In this document: positions 23,563 to 34,390 of the stretch, piece by piece
Layout: every line of letters begins with the position of its first letter
Numbering within the stretch: the stretch's first letter is position 1
Assembly: GCA_965112735.1 (NCBI GenBank)
Contig: OZ218953.1
Span: 372,001 to 436,000, forward strand
DNA from: Phaeosaccion multiseriatum
Taxonomy: Eukaryota > Protista > Ochrophyta, other classes
Reading direction: 5' to 3'
DNA length: 64,000 nt
Notes under the pieces: generated by a model
The model's database searches: none
The model's input: the letters and a program-made list of their open reading frames with translations, nothing else
Told to the model about the DNA's origin: nothing
Translations under genes and position numbers: made by a program

Positions 23563-26529
23563 TTGTCTCTTCTCCCCCCGCGACATGGCGGAGCTCCAGT
23601 TTTCAAGGCAACGCTCTCTTCGCCTCCTGCCTGCATGCCTGCCTGTCTGCCTACCTGTCTGCCTGACTGACTGACTCCGGGAGTATGAGCGCCCATCCCA
23701 TTCCATCCCTCCTGTCGACAATACCTCCTTGTCAGTGTACCTCTGCATGTTAGTGCCTCATCACTCACTCCACTCAATGGCCCACGCACCCACACACACA
23801 CACGCACCCACACACGCACCCACACGCGTACCCACGCAGGGGGTGGCCAAGGACTTTATGAAACTGACGGGCAAGGGCACGCCCAAGCTCGTGAGCAAGG
23901 AGGGGGACGAGACGAGGCTCTTCCAGCTCGTGGCCTGGCTCACGGGGATGAAGGTGGGTGTGCCCGTATGCCCCACATCTGTCTTCGTCTGTCTTCGTCT
24001 GTCTACCGTACCCCCCCCTCCTCTTGTCTCCCTCTCTGTCTCTCTTGTCTACCTTTGTGCTCTCTGCCATCCGAGGCCCACTGCCCACTGCCCCGCGACA
24101 CACCCTCGTGAAGGCCACCGCAGCAAAGAGCGGCGCTGACCGACTCGCCCCTCCCTTCCCTCCCCACTCTCCCCTCCCCTCCCCTCCCCTCCCCTCCCCT
24201 CCCCTCCTTGTGCGCTGACTGAACCACTGTCCCAGAACGCTCTCAAGGGCCTTGGGCACTTCCTGGGGTCGCTGCTTGTATTCACCATCGGTTATACCTT
24301 CAGCCTACTCGTGCTGCTCCTCATGTGCGCCCTCTTCACCCCCGTGGGCTACTTCTACATGGACAAGGGACTGGGCAAGTCCGTCGTCAAAGAGGTGGAC
24401 TGGTACGGAGTGTTCCACAAACCACGGAACTTTAACTTGCTCTCCCTCGCCAGGTTCTTCTTGTTCTGCAGGTAAGACTTTACTATGTTAGGTGTGTTCT
24501 TACGTATGCAGGAAAGTACGTAAGTACGTCAGTGTGTGCATATGTGCCGAGGGTTTGAGGGTTGTCGTCCGCCCCCTGACCGGCACCTCTCAGCTGGTCC
24601 CCACCCGCCCCCCCTGAAGACTGTTTCTCGTCTGCGCCTGCGCCTCTCTCTCGCCTGCCTCTCTGCCTCTCTTCCTCCCTCTTTCTCTCCTCTCTCTCTT
24701 CTCCTCTTTCTCTCTTCCCCTCTGCCTCTCTCTCTCGTCCACCTCTATGCCTTCCTGCCTCCCTGCTCCTCGCCCCCCCCCCCCCCCTTTCAGCCGTGAC
24801 GTGTGGTTCGAGATCGCCCTCCCCCTCTTCATCAAGAATCAGCTCGAATGGAACGCCGTGCTCGTGGGGCTCTTCATGGCCGGGTACATCGTCGCCTATG
24901 GAAACCTGCAGGTCAGTAAGTCAGTGGGCAGATCAGTCGAGATCAGTGGGCTGTTGGGAGGTTCCTCCTGTTGAAATGTCGCATCTATGGCCTGGTGAGC
25001 CCCCCCTGTCGGGCGCTTGTTGGACGATCAGATCTGACGCACATTTCTCATGCATCTCCTCTCTCCTCGCTCTCCTCTCTCTCCTCTCTCTCCTCTCTCC
25101 TCTCTCTCCCATCTCCCCTCTCTCCCCTCTCTCCTCTGTGTGGCGTTTGGCGTGTGGGCAGGCCATGTCAACAAAGCTGTACAAGAAGAAGGACGGAGGC
25201 GCCCTTGGGCACCCCACCGTCCCATGTATCTGGAAGTGGGCCGCCGCGTGCTCTCTCGGTGAGTGACAAGAGCAAGAGCCATCGTACTTTTCTCTTCACG
25301 TACCCACCGCATGTAGTGCCATCTACACGCATCCACCGCCTTACACATCCCTTCTCTCTGTCCCTCTCTCCCTCTCTCCCTCGTGGCTCCTTCTTCTCCT
25401 CCTCCTCCTCCTCCTCCTCCTCCTCCTTGCAGTCCCCCTGCTACAGGGTACTTTTATGTACCTGTCCTTCTCTGTGTGGGACAGCGTGCCCGCCACGGCG
25501 GTGTTCCTCATCCTCGGCTTGGCGGCCTTCGCAGGTACAGAGCACAAAGAGCATAGCATGCAAGCGCTACACTGACTCGCTAGCTCTCTTGACTTCTGAG
25601 CTCGTAGCTTCATCGTCTACCCAACCTAGAGCCCTCTGCCGTGCTGCAAGCACTCTCTCTGAGCCCTCATCTTTCCTCTCCCCTTTTCCCACTGTCCATA
25701 CGCCTTTCGTTGTCTCTTGTCGGTTGTCCTCACCCTCTTTTTCCTTGACTGGCTGCTTTGCTTGCCGTTGGTTGGCCCTCCCCCCACCATGCCATCGGAG
25801 CAGGCCTGTTCGCGGTGAACTCAGCGTGTCACTCGTACTTCGTTGTGTCATTCAGCAACAAGGACAAGGTGGCGCAAGACCTCGGGGTAAGTCAATGAGG
25901 AACCCAACGCACGCACACGTATACACATACACACGCACACACAAAAGCTCTCTCTCTAAAATCTCGTTGCAGATATCAACCCCTCCCTCTGTTTGGGTCT
26001 CTGCTTTGCTCATCGAAGCAACATCCAGCCCTGCCCCTCCCCCCCTCCTCCCCTAAGGAACTCCGTCGCTCCTCCTTGTTCTCTGACCGCTGCCCCGCTA
26101 ACCCACACTGCCTCACTGCCATCTGTGTCCCTCCCTCCGTATCACCAGTTCTACTATATGGCCAACGCCGGGGGGCGTCTGGGGGGCACCCTGCTGGGCG
26201 GAGTGGTGTACTTCCACACGTCCGACGACTTCGGAATGAGCATGAATCTTTGGCTCGCTGTCCCCTTCCTCGTGCTGGCGGCGCTCGTTGCTGCGCTGCT
26301 CGGGAGGGAAGATGCGGCCAGGGTGAAGGGGGGCGGATCAGCAGCAGTTGGTGATACAGTAGCAGTGGCGGGGCAAGGGCTAGAGAAGGGCTGCGTGGGG
26401 CAAGAGAGGGATGTGGAGGGGGGCGCTCTGTCATCGAAGGAGCTGAGGGAGCAGGAGGCACACGCACAGCAGCCACGGGAACAGCCGTCTTCACTCACAT
26501 CCACAGTAGACGCATTTGCACCAGCTTAG
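22677..26529 (+). CDS. arsJ: ArsJ-family organoarsenical efflux MFS permease (10 exons)
   Basis: Spliced protein has ArsJ signatures: YTITDGALRLIVLLH, FSMYEIAGIFTNLFGG, QALA|GVAKDFMK, VAWLTGMK|NALKGLGHFLG, LSLARFFLFCS|RDVWFEIALP, LFAVNSACHSY, DLG|FYYMANAGGRLGGTLL. All nine introns are GT-AG and frame-consistent. Confidence 0.92.
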
Positions 26530-26972
26530 AAGTACTCTTCAGGCAGCGTTTCATGTGTATATAATAAACCACTGTACATTATACGATACAGTTACACCAT
26601 TGGCCCATTAGAGTCAATGACCCCCCTCTTTGTGCTTCTTTGCATCGGTTCCGCTGTGCTTCCTCTTCGTGATTTACCAAGCTGCCAGGCCTCTAGGGAG
26701 CCTTGGGGGGGGGGGGGGACTTCTGAGGGGGGGCATTTCCACCGTGTCCGCCGAGGCCCTTCGACCAGTGAGGGCTGTGCCTCTCCACAGAGCCAGAGTC
26801 AACCCTTCAGCACCGCCCTCCAGCAGCTTTCCTCTCGACTGAAGGGCTGTGTCGAGGGCCCACCGAAGCAGCAACCTAACCTTCATCGAGGACGGGCGGG
26901 GGCAGGCAGCCGCGGCACTGCGGTGCTCGCCTCGGGGTCATTCCAAGGCCCCACTGCCCTCCTCTGCTGCCG

Positions 26973-27004
<32 letters not shown>

Positions 27005-27449
27005 TATGTTGTTGTTGCTCCCTTCCCTGCTTCTGCTGTTGCGCTCTTGTGCTACAAGCTTGGGATGCATGCCCAACTCTTCTCATGCCCATATGCTTTT
27101 CCAGCTACTCCACAGCAGGACATGCAAACACTTCTACCCCTACTACGATTGTGCTCCACGCTCTCTTCCTTGCGTGTGCCGTGCCATCGCTGCCATCGAA
27201 GCTCTCCCACACGCCCCCCACTTCCGTCTCCTCTGCCCGTCTGCGCCTCTACACCGCGGCTACGGGGGGGCAGAGCCCCGGGTATGCTCACTGTCCGTCC
27301 ATCAGTAGCGGGCACCAGGCGCATGGGCAAGCAGCCCGAAGCAAAGCGGTCCCCTTCCTCGCACACCTGCGAGCCTCTCCCCGAAAGTCTACCGCGGAGC
27401 AGCGCCTCCTCCCCTCACTCTCTCTGTGATCCAACCAAGCGCCCGTCCC

Positions 27450-28215
27450 TCAGGAGTCGTCAACGGAATGCACGATGGGCAAGTAGTGCGTCATGGTGCC
27501 GCAGTCAGGGGGCTGCAGGAAGGTGTGGAACACCACGGAAGTATCCTCCACTATGCACAGGATGCACCGCTCAGGCGACACCGTGCCTGGCCAGTGGGAA
27601 GGGGACGAAGGAGAGGAGAAGAGTTCAGAGGCCACTCCGTGGCATGGGGCAGAGGGGTGCTTAAGTGGGCAGCGGGGTGGAGGGGCTCAAGGAAGAGTAG
27701 GCAGACAGGTAGGTAGGCACACACGTGGGCCGGCAGGTAGGCAGGCAGGCAAAAAACCCTAAGGCGGGTCGCCTCTTCCCCCCCTGGATCGCCCCCCCGG
27801 GACCGTACGTACCGTAAAGGTGCAGCACGCTGGCGAGCTTGCGTCCCTCTACACACACGCTCGTCTTGTTGTTCTTAGAGGCTGCCTCCGAGGGCATGGC
27901 CTCAAAGCGAGGCGTGAGGTTGTTGTAGTACGTCTTGACGGTGGAGTCCGACGTCTCTACTCTTAACACGAGCTGTCCGTCCATGCCGGCGTCGATGTTG
28001 AGATACTTTTCGATGAGTTTGAGACGGTCCACCACCTGCCGAATGGAGCGGTTGCGGGGCAGCTCCAGCTAAAGAGGGAGGGGATGGGAAAGGGGGAAGG
28101 AGGGAGGGAGGGTGGGGGGATGGCAAAGGAGCGAAGGATACGGACACCGAAAGAGGTTGCAGGGTAGGGTATGTGCAACGAGACTGCCCAGCGCAGGGTG
28201 GGGTGCGGGAGAGGG

Positions 28216-28246
<31 letters not shown>

Positions 28247-29658
28247 CATACCTGCACGACGGGCATGGGTACCTCCGGAGGCAAGTAGTTGTTGATCTCC
28301 TCCGCCCTCATCACCTGCCGGGTAGCGACGGGCAGCAGCAGCAGTTGACACAGTAGTAGTTGATAATCAGCAGTTGGTGGTACAGTAGCAGCAGCAGAAG
28401 TTGACACAGCAGCAGTTGATAGGCAACAGTTGGTGGTACAGTACCACCAGCAGCAGCATTTGACACAGCAGCAGGTGATCGACAGCAGTTCAGCAGCAGC
28501 AGCAGCAGCAGCAGCAAGTTGGGAGGGGTGTGGCATAGAGGCGCTAACGTTCACTCAGCTCGAAACGCAGGCTCAACACAAAACAAAACAAACTTTCCTG
28601 ACACTGGCACGCGTCCGGACCGCGGATGTCATCCTTCATCCTGACTCACTTTGATGGGGATGTCGTGCACCACATCCATCTCGAGGGCCCTCGTCTCCAC
28701 GCAAAGGCACGGCTGTCCCTGCCGCTTGGCCAGTTTCAGCTAAGAGGAAGGGAGGGGGGTGCGAGATGGGCGACAGCGGTTAGAGCGAGGATGGCAGTGG
28801 ATGGGAATGGGTGTGCTGGGCTGGCCGTATGGCTCTTTCCCTCCCACCTGCAGCACTGGCGCGCCCTTTCCGCTGGTGAGGGCCCTCTGCAGCAGCGTGA
28901 GGCACAGCTCGAAGAGGATGCAGTTGTCGCTCAGGCTGTCGATGCGGTATTCACTAAAGAGCACAGCCTGGGGAAGGGGGGGGGGGGGGACTTGGCAGTC
29001 AGGGGGGGGAAGAGTTCGGGAGGGGAGGGGAGGCCAAGGGTACACGGACCTGATTGAGGTCGGCGAAGGTCTTGACCTCGTCGTTGTAGAGAACAGGGAC
29101 CGCCAGAGAGACCTGGGAGAGGCAGCAGCGAAGGGTGGGCGTGTTCAATGTGCTGCGTGCATCAGCTTCGACTGGGACCCAATGTTTCCCCACCCATCTG
29201 TGGGCCTCTGTACTGTGCCGTATTAACCAACAACACCAAATGTCCTTCCCGCCGCTGACTGTCCGACCGGAATAGACCAGACCGACACTGCAGGTTCCCG
29301 CCTTTGCTCACTTTCTCTGGAGTCATGTACACGATGCATGTGTCCTGGCTGTTACTGGTATTCTTCTGGAGGCATCCGATCACTCCTGATCACGGGAGCA
29401 GGGTGGAAAAGGGAAAGGGGTAAGTAGGGAAGGAGAGGAGCGGGAGAGGGGGGAGGGAGAAAATAGGCGCCAAATTCGAAAGTGGGTCGAACGTTCCAAT
29501 TCCGCCCCTCCTCCCTCCACCTCGCTACGCTTCTGCAGTATCGCGAGTCCCGCAGATACCTCTCTCCCATCCTGTCACCTCCCGTGTTCCCTCCTCTCTG
29601 GTGACTTGCCTGACAAGATTTTGAGCTTGTCCTGCTGGATCTTGGCCTTGAACTTCAT
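27450..29658 (-). CDS. HUS1: HUS1 subunit of the 9-1-1 checkpoint clamp (multi-exon)
   Basis: MKFKAKI..., LFSEYRIDSLSDNCILFEL...LQRAL, LKLAKRQGQPCL, VVHDIPIK|VM, VVDRLK, C-terminal HYLP; first intron uses a GC donor (G|GCAAGT). Confidence 0.88.
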
Positions 29659-29859
29659 GGCCCCCGCTCCTTCCTTTTACTGTGGCTCCGCTCAGCCGCC
29701 ACTGCGGCTTCCACCCTCGGCAACAATAATCTGGCTCGATGAGCAGCAACCTTCCCCGCTTAAGGGAAGGGAAGGGGGGATTTTTGCTGGCCGCTTGAGG
29801 CTTCATTGACATAATTTTCACGGATCTTTCACGCGTGGATCCTCGTTGACGAGATTATC

Positions 29860-30830
29860 TTGACGACATTTGAGGCTCGGTGAACCAGTCTGAACGCACC
29901 CGAGAACGTCTTTGGCTGAGCACCACAGCACGCTACTATGGGACGCTGTAGGGCACGCGAAGCCAGGCGTAGCACGTAGATCCAGAGCCCCGCACCAACT
30001 TCACTCTCCCGCGCTTTTTTGGGGGGGCACAACTCCACCCCCCGGACGGGCAGCTTCCGCAGAAGAGGACCCTTGGCTTCGGAGGCTGAAGCTCTTGGAC
30101 CCATGGCTTCGGAGGCTGAAGCTCTTGAAGGAAGCCTTGAGCTTCAGGTGAGGAGGACATGGAACTGCTCAAAGAGAACATGAGCAGAACGTATTCGGGG
30201 GATGATATCGTCCTTCGATGGGAAGGGTCTGCGGTCTCTGGCTTCACAAAGCCAGAGAAGCCCTTCCCAACACTATGATTGCATGATCCACGTGCTTCTC
30301 TGGCTTTGTGAAGCCTGCAACCGCAGACCCTTCCCATCAAAGCCCCCCGCACTCGTTCCACTCCCTTTCTCTTTGAGCTCTTCTAGGTCCTCCAAAAAGG
30401 GAGAAGCCGCATCGTGGTTGCCTTGAAGCTCAAGGCTTGCTTCAAGAGCTTCATCCTCCGAAGCCATGGGTCCTCTTCTGCTGAAGCTGTCCGTGCGATC
30501 GGCCCCTAAAAATTCTGGATTCCGGATTCTGATGGCCTCTGCAGGGCGGCTTCCGGATTCTGGTGGCCTCTGCAGGGCGGATTCCGGATTCTGTGCACCC
30601 CCCCCTCAGAATCCCGTCAGGAGCCGAGTGCGGGGCCGGGGGGTGGAGTTGTGCCGCAAAAAAAAGCGCGGGAGACAGAAGAGGAGGCGTTGGTGCAGGG
30701 CTCTGGATCTACTCGCTGCGCCTGGCTTCACGTGCCCTACAGCGGCCCGTAGTAGCGTGCTGTGGTGCTCAGCCAAGACGTTCTCGGGTGCGTTCAGACT
30801 GGTTCGCCGAGCCTCAAAGGTCGTCAACGA
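29860..30830. mobile_element. ~1-kb imperfect inverted repeat (foldback element), with CGTCAAA repeats extending to about 31030
   Basis: 29860-30000 is the reverse complement of about 30690-30828; 30050-30148 matches 30421-30494; 30217-30261 matches 30294-30339; central loop about 30262-30293. Confidence 0.75.
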
Positions 30831-31087
30831 GCGTCCAAATGTGGTCAGATGGTGGCCTAAGGTTTGCAGCAACAGTTGAAACTCCAAACTGCCTCTCGAT
30901 GGCGTCAAATAGAGGGGCTCAAAGCAGCGTCAAACGCCTTCAAAGAGCGTCAAACAGGGGGCTCAAGCGTCGTCAAACGTCGTCAAAGTAATCGTCATTT
31001 GGCGTCCAAAAAAAATCACGGGGCGTCAAAAGTGCCACTCAACCACGAAATCGCAGGATTATTTGTTCTCGATGAGAGGTTTTCCGT

Positions 31088-34000
31088 CTAGAGGGCGTCG
31101 TCCATATCAGCGTCGAGCATGCCCGTGAACTCAGCGACATCATCCGGACTGCGCGTGATTATCTGAGGAGAGAGGAGGAGGAGGAGGAGGAGGAGGGAGA
31201 CGAGTCCGTCAGAGAGCAGGGACAAAAGCCTGCTGAGTGAATCTAATAAAAGACCATTGACTGAACTGACCAACTCGCTTCCTCAGCCTTCCCCCACGCG
31301 TACCCGCATCTCCTCGTGGAGCTGCACGATGACTCTCTCCCTGCTGAGCTGCTTCTCCACCACCTTGCCCGTGAGGCCCACGTCCTCGCCCCGCAGAACA
31401 ATGACTTTGCCCCCGACCCCGGGGGGTAGCACCGTCTCCAAATGGCCCACTTTGACGCCCTCCAGCAGAGAACCACTGTCCATACGTACCGTCCTACCGC
31501 AGGCCGGGAGGAGGAGGAGGGGGGGGGGGGGGGCGTCAACAGGCTTTAGCTTGGTTGGCTCAGCAGGGACCCCACAAACCGCCTGACAGTAGCGCAGCTG
31601 CGCGCCCTCTCTCCCTACTCTGCTTGCTTACCCTTGGTCCGGCGCGGGCACGTCCAGCACAACCCCCTTGGCGAGGCGGTGCTCCCTTCCATACGCCTTG
31701 CTGATGACGCGCACCCGGATCTTGGGCACCAACCAAGACCGCTTCTTGTCTTCTCTCGAGCCACCCTTACCGCCATGGTCGTTGGCCTCCTTCCTGTCTT
31801 CTCTCCGTCTCTTCTTCTTGCGCTCACGCCCCCCGCCGCCGTCACCACTGCTGCTGCCGCCGTCCCCCTCCCAGCTGCCACTCCTCCGTCTGCCTCTACT
31901 CCTGCTCCGGCTCCTACTTCGTCGGTCGCGCTTCTTCCTGTCCTTCCCGGACTTCCTGCCATCTCTTCCTCCCTCCCGCTCCCTTTCTCGCTCTCTGCCA
32001 CGCTCACGATCACCATATCTATCCCTATCTCGATCTCTCCGCCTCCCCTTGCTCCTGCTCCTGCTCCGGCTCGTACTCCTACTTCGACTCGACCTCCTCT
32101 TCATGTCCTTCCTTCTACTCTCCCCTCCGCTGCTGGAGGACACAGCCCCCCCCTCCTTCTCTCCGGCGCTGCGTATCCGAAACGGGTTCTTGGCCTTCTC
32201 GTCCTCCTCCACCTTCATCACGTCGCCCTTCTCAATCTCCTCCTCCTTGCCTCCCTCCTCCATCCGCACAAGCAGCCAGCCCTCCCCCAGCCCCTGCCCT
32301 CTCGTTCGTAGCACCATGCCCCGCTTTGAAGCCATTCGCCCCTTCCGTACCACGACAACGTCGCCAATTGTCACCTTTTGTTGCCGAGCGGCGGCTTCTG
32401 CTTTCTCCTTCCAGGCCGCTTCTTCGGCCTCTGCCTTCAGATCCTTCTGTGAGGAGGAAGAGGGAGAGGAGGAGGAGGAGGAGGAGGAGGAGGAGGAGGA
32501 GGGAGAGGAGGAGGAGGAGGAGGAGGAGGAGGAGGAGGAGGAGGAGGAGGAGGAGGAGGAGGAGGAGGAGGAGGAGGAGGAGGAGGAGGAGGAGAAGGAG
32601 GGTGGTGGGGGGGCGGTGGAGGGAGGACAGGTCAGTTCTCCCAAACGAGTTTTAAGAAACGAAAGTGCCCCTCTCAAGCACGCATTCCACATCCGCTTTC
32701 GCGTCCCTCCTCACAGCCTTCGCGGACAAGACTCTGAGGGTTGAGCTCCGACTCACCTTTCCCTTCCTGCCCTTTCCCCCCGAGGGCTGCTCCGGCGGCT
32801 TGGGCTGTGCCCCGAGTCCAAGTCGATGGTGCCTCACGCTGGCCGGCCCCACCAGGCGCTCCTCGTCCTCCTTGTTGGGGCCTGCCCACCCCATACCTCG
32901 CAGTAGAGCGGCGCCAAACTCCTCAATCGGCACGGACTGGTAAGCTGGCACGAGAGGCACAAGCAGAGCACGGGAGGGGGGCAGGCGGGGAAGAGGGAGA
33001 GGCTAAGTGAGTGGGAAGGGAGTATCAGGACATATCATAGAGTACCAGGGCAATAGGAAGGGAGTATCAGGACATATCATAGAGTACCAGGGCAATTAGG
33101 AAGGCTTGGGGTCGGCAAATCGGTCGAACCCCACGGGGATCCATGAACCAATCCCTCCCACCAGATCCAACCGTCAGACCCCCCCTTGTGTCTCACCACT
33201 GCTCTTGACGTCGAGGTCCTCGGCTCTCATGCTGAGGTCATGCTTAAACTTTGCATCGTCTCCTTCCACTTCATTAAGCCCCGGGATCATGCTGCTAGCA
33301 AGGATACCCTTTTTCTGCGTGCTCCCTTCCTCCCCTCCTCCTTCTTCCGCCGCCCCGCCCCCAGGCTGTAGTGCGATCACTCTTGTGGAGTTGAGCCTGG
33401 TGTGGACAAGCGGCACAACGTGGAGTGAAGGCGAGGTTGGGCTTGTGAGGGAACACAGCGTCGCCAACCCCAAGGAGCGGCGCGGCGGGGGGGGATGGAG
33501 GACAGGATGACACAGGCAGGCTCTCAACGAGGTACAGCGCTTCATCGAGAGTGGGTGAGTGCGTGAGCGGGGAAAAAGGACGTTGGGGGAGTCTCAATCG
33601 CATTTTACGCTAGCCCTGTATGCAAACACAGAGAAAAGAGCGGTGAGGTGAAGGGAGGGTTGGACAGGACAAGGAGAGGGTTACATACCCGAGGCCGAAG
33701 TCATTGTCCGCCTGGGACGCTCCTCCCACCTCCCTGACCAGAGCCTCCGCTGCAAGCTCGTCCAGTGACTTTTCCTTTTCCTTGCCCTCCGTCCCTTCCT
33801 TCTCCTCCTTCCTCTCCCCGCTCCCATTGGCAGTGCCGTTGGCCTTGAGCCCCTTCTTTTGCCAAGGGTTGGATGCCACCGGGATGACTAGGTGGCCCTT
33901 CTCTTCCTTCACCTCGGCTCCCTGGATACCATCGGCCCCAATACTTGTAACCAATTCCCGTTGCCCCTCCTCCCCGTCATTGTCAGAGTCTTCGTGGTCG

Positions 34001-34215
34001 TCCCTTCCCACCCTTCGCGCTTGTCCTCCGCCCTTGCCCATCCCGCCACTCTTCCTCTTGCCCGCCCTCCCTCCCCCGAACTTGCCATTGCCACCACTAC
34101 TACCATTGGCACCGCCATCCTTTAGGCTGAATGTTCCAAAAGCGGGACGAGAAGCAGAAGCGGTAGCTTCAGCTCCCGTCCCTGCCCCAACCCCTGTCTT
34201 CGCCGGATTGTCCAT
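31088..34215 (-). CDS. GPKOW: G-patch and KOW domain splicing factor (GPKOW/MOS2/Spp2 family)
   Basis: G-patch YQSVPIEEFGAALLRGMGW...RHHRLGLGA; KOW IGDVVVVRKG; RS-rich linker; C-terminal SWLVPKIRVRVISK...KGVVLDV...LETVLP...GKVIVLRGEDVGLTGKVV. Confidence 0.88.
32450..32597. repeat. (GAG)n microsatellite, probably intronic in GPKOW
   Basis: About 48 near-perfect GAG units that form the pyrimidine tract before a minus-strand acceptor near 32448. Confidence 0.85.
33014..33097. repeat. 42-bp tandem duplication in a GPKOW intron
   Basis: GGAAGGGAGTATCAGGACATATCATAGAGTACCAGGGCAAT appears twice head to tail. Confidence 0.85.
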
Positions 34216-34390
34216 CCAGACTCATAGGCAGGTCACTCTGGAAAAAAAAACAAAAAAACTGACCCATCTGTGAATCCAGTGGACGACCACCTTCTCTTCA
34301 CTTTTTCAAAATCGTTTGGCTGTTGTTTGTTTGGTCTCTCTTCTCTCTGGGTCTCTCTTCTCTCTGTTATTAACGCTATTTCTGAGGACC

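Noticed and set aside
19768-26529. Bacterial contamination as the source of gapdh-arsJ
   Set aside because: Both genes are split by many frame-consistent GT-AG introns of host style and lie between CLASP and HUS1.
26617-27430. ORFs of about 270 aa downstream of arsJ, considered as a third arsenic gene
   Set aside because: No ArsC, ArsR, ArsM or phosphatase motifs; low-complexity translation between two convergent 3' ends.
29600-29612. Apparent broken donor in HUS1
   Set aside because: A GC-AG intron (G|GCAAGT) restores the frame; a known minor variant.
31668-32744. Plus-strand ORFs with poly-Glu or poly-Arg
   Set aside because: Antisense to GPKOW and produced by the (GAG)n microsatellite.
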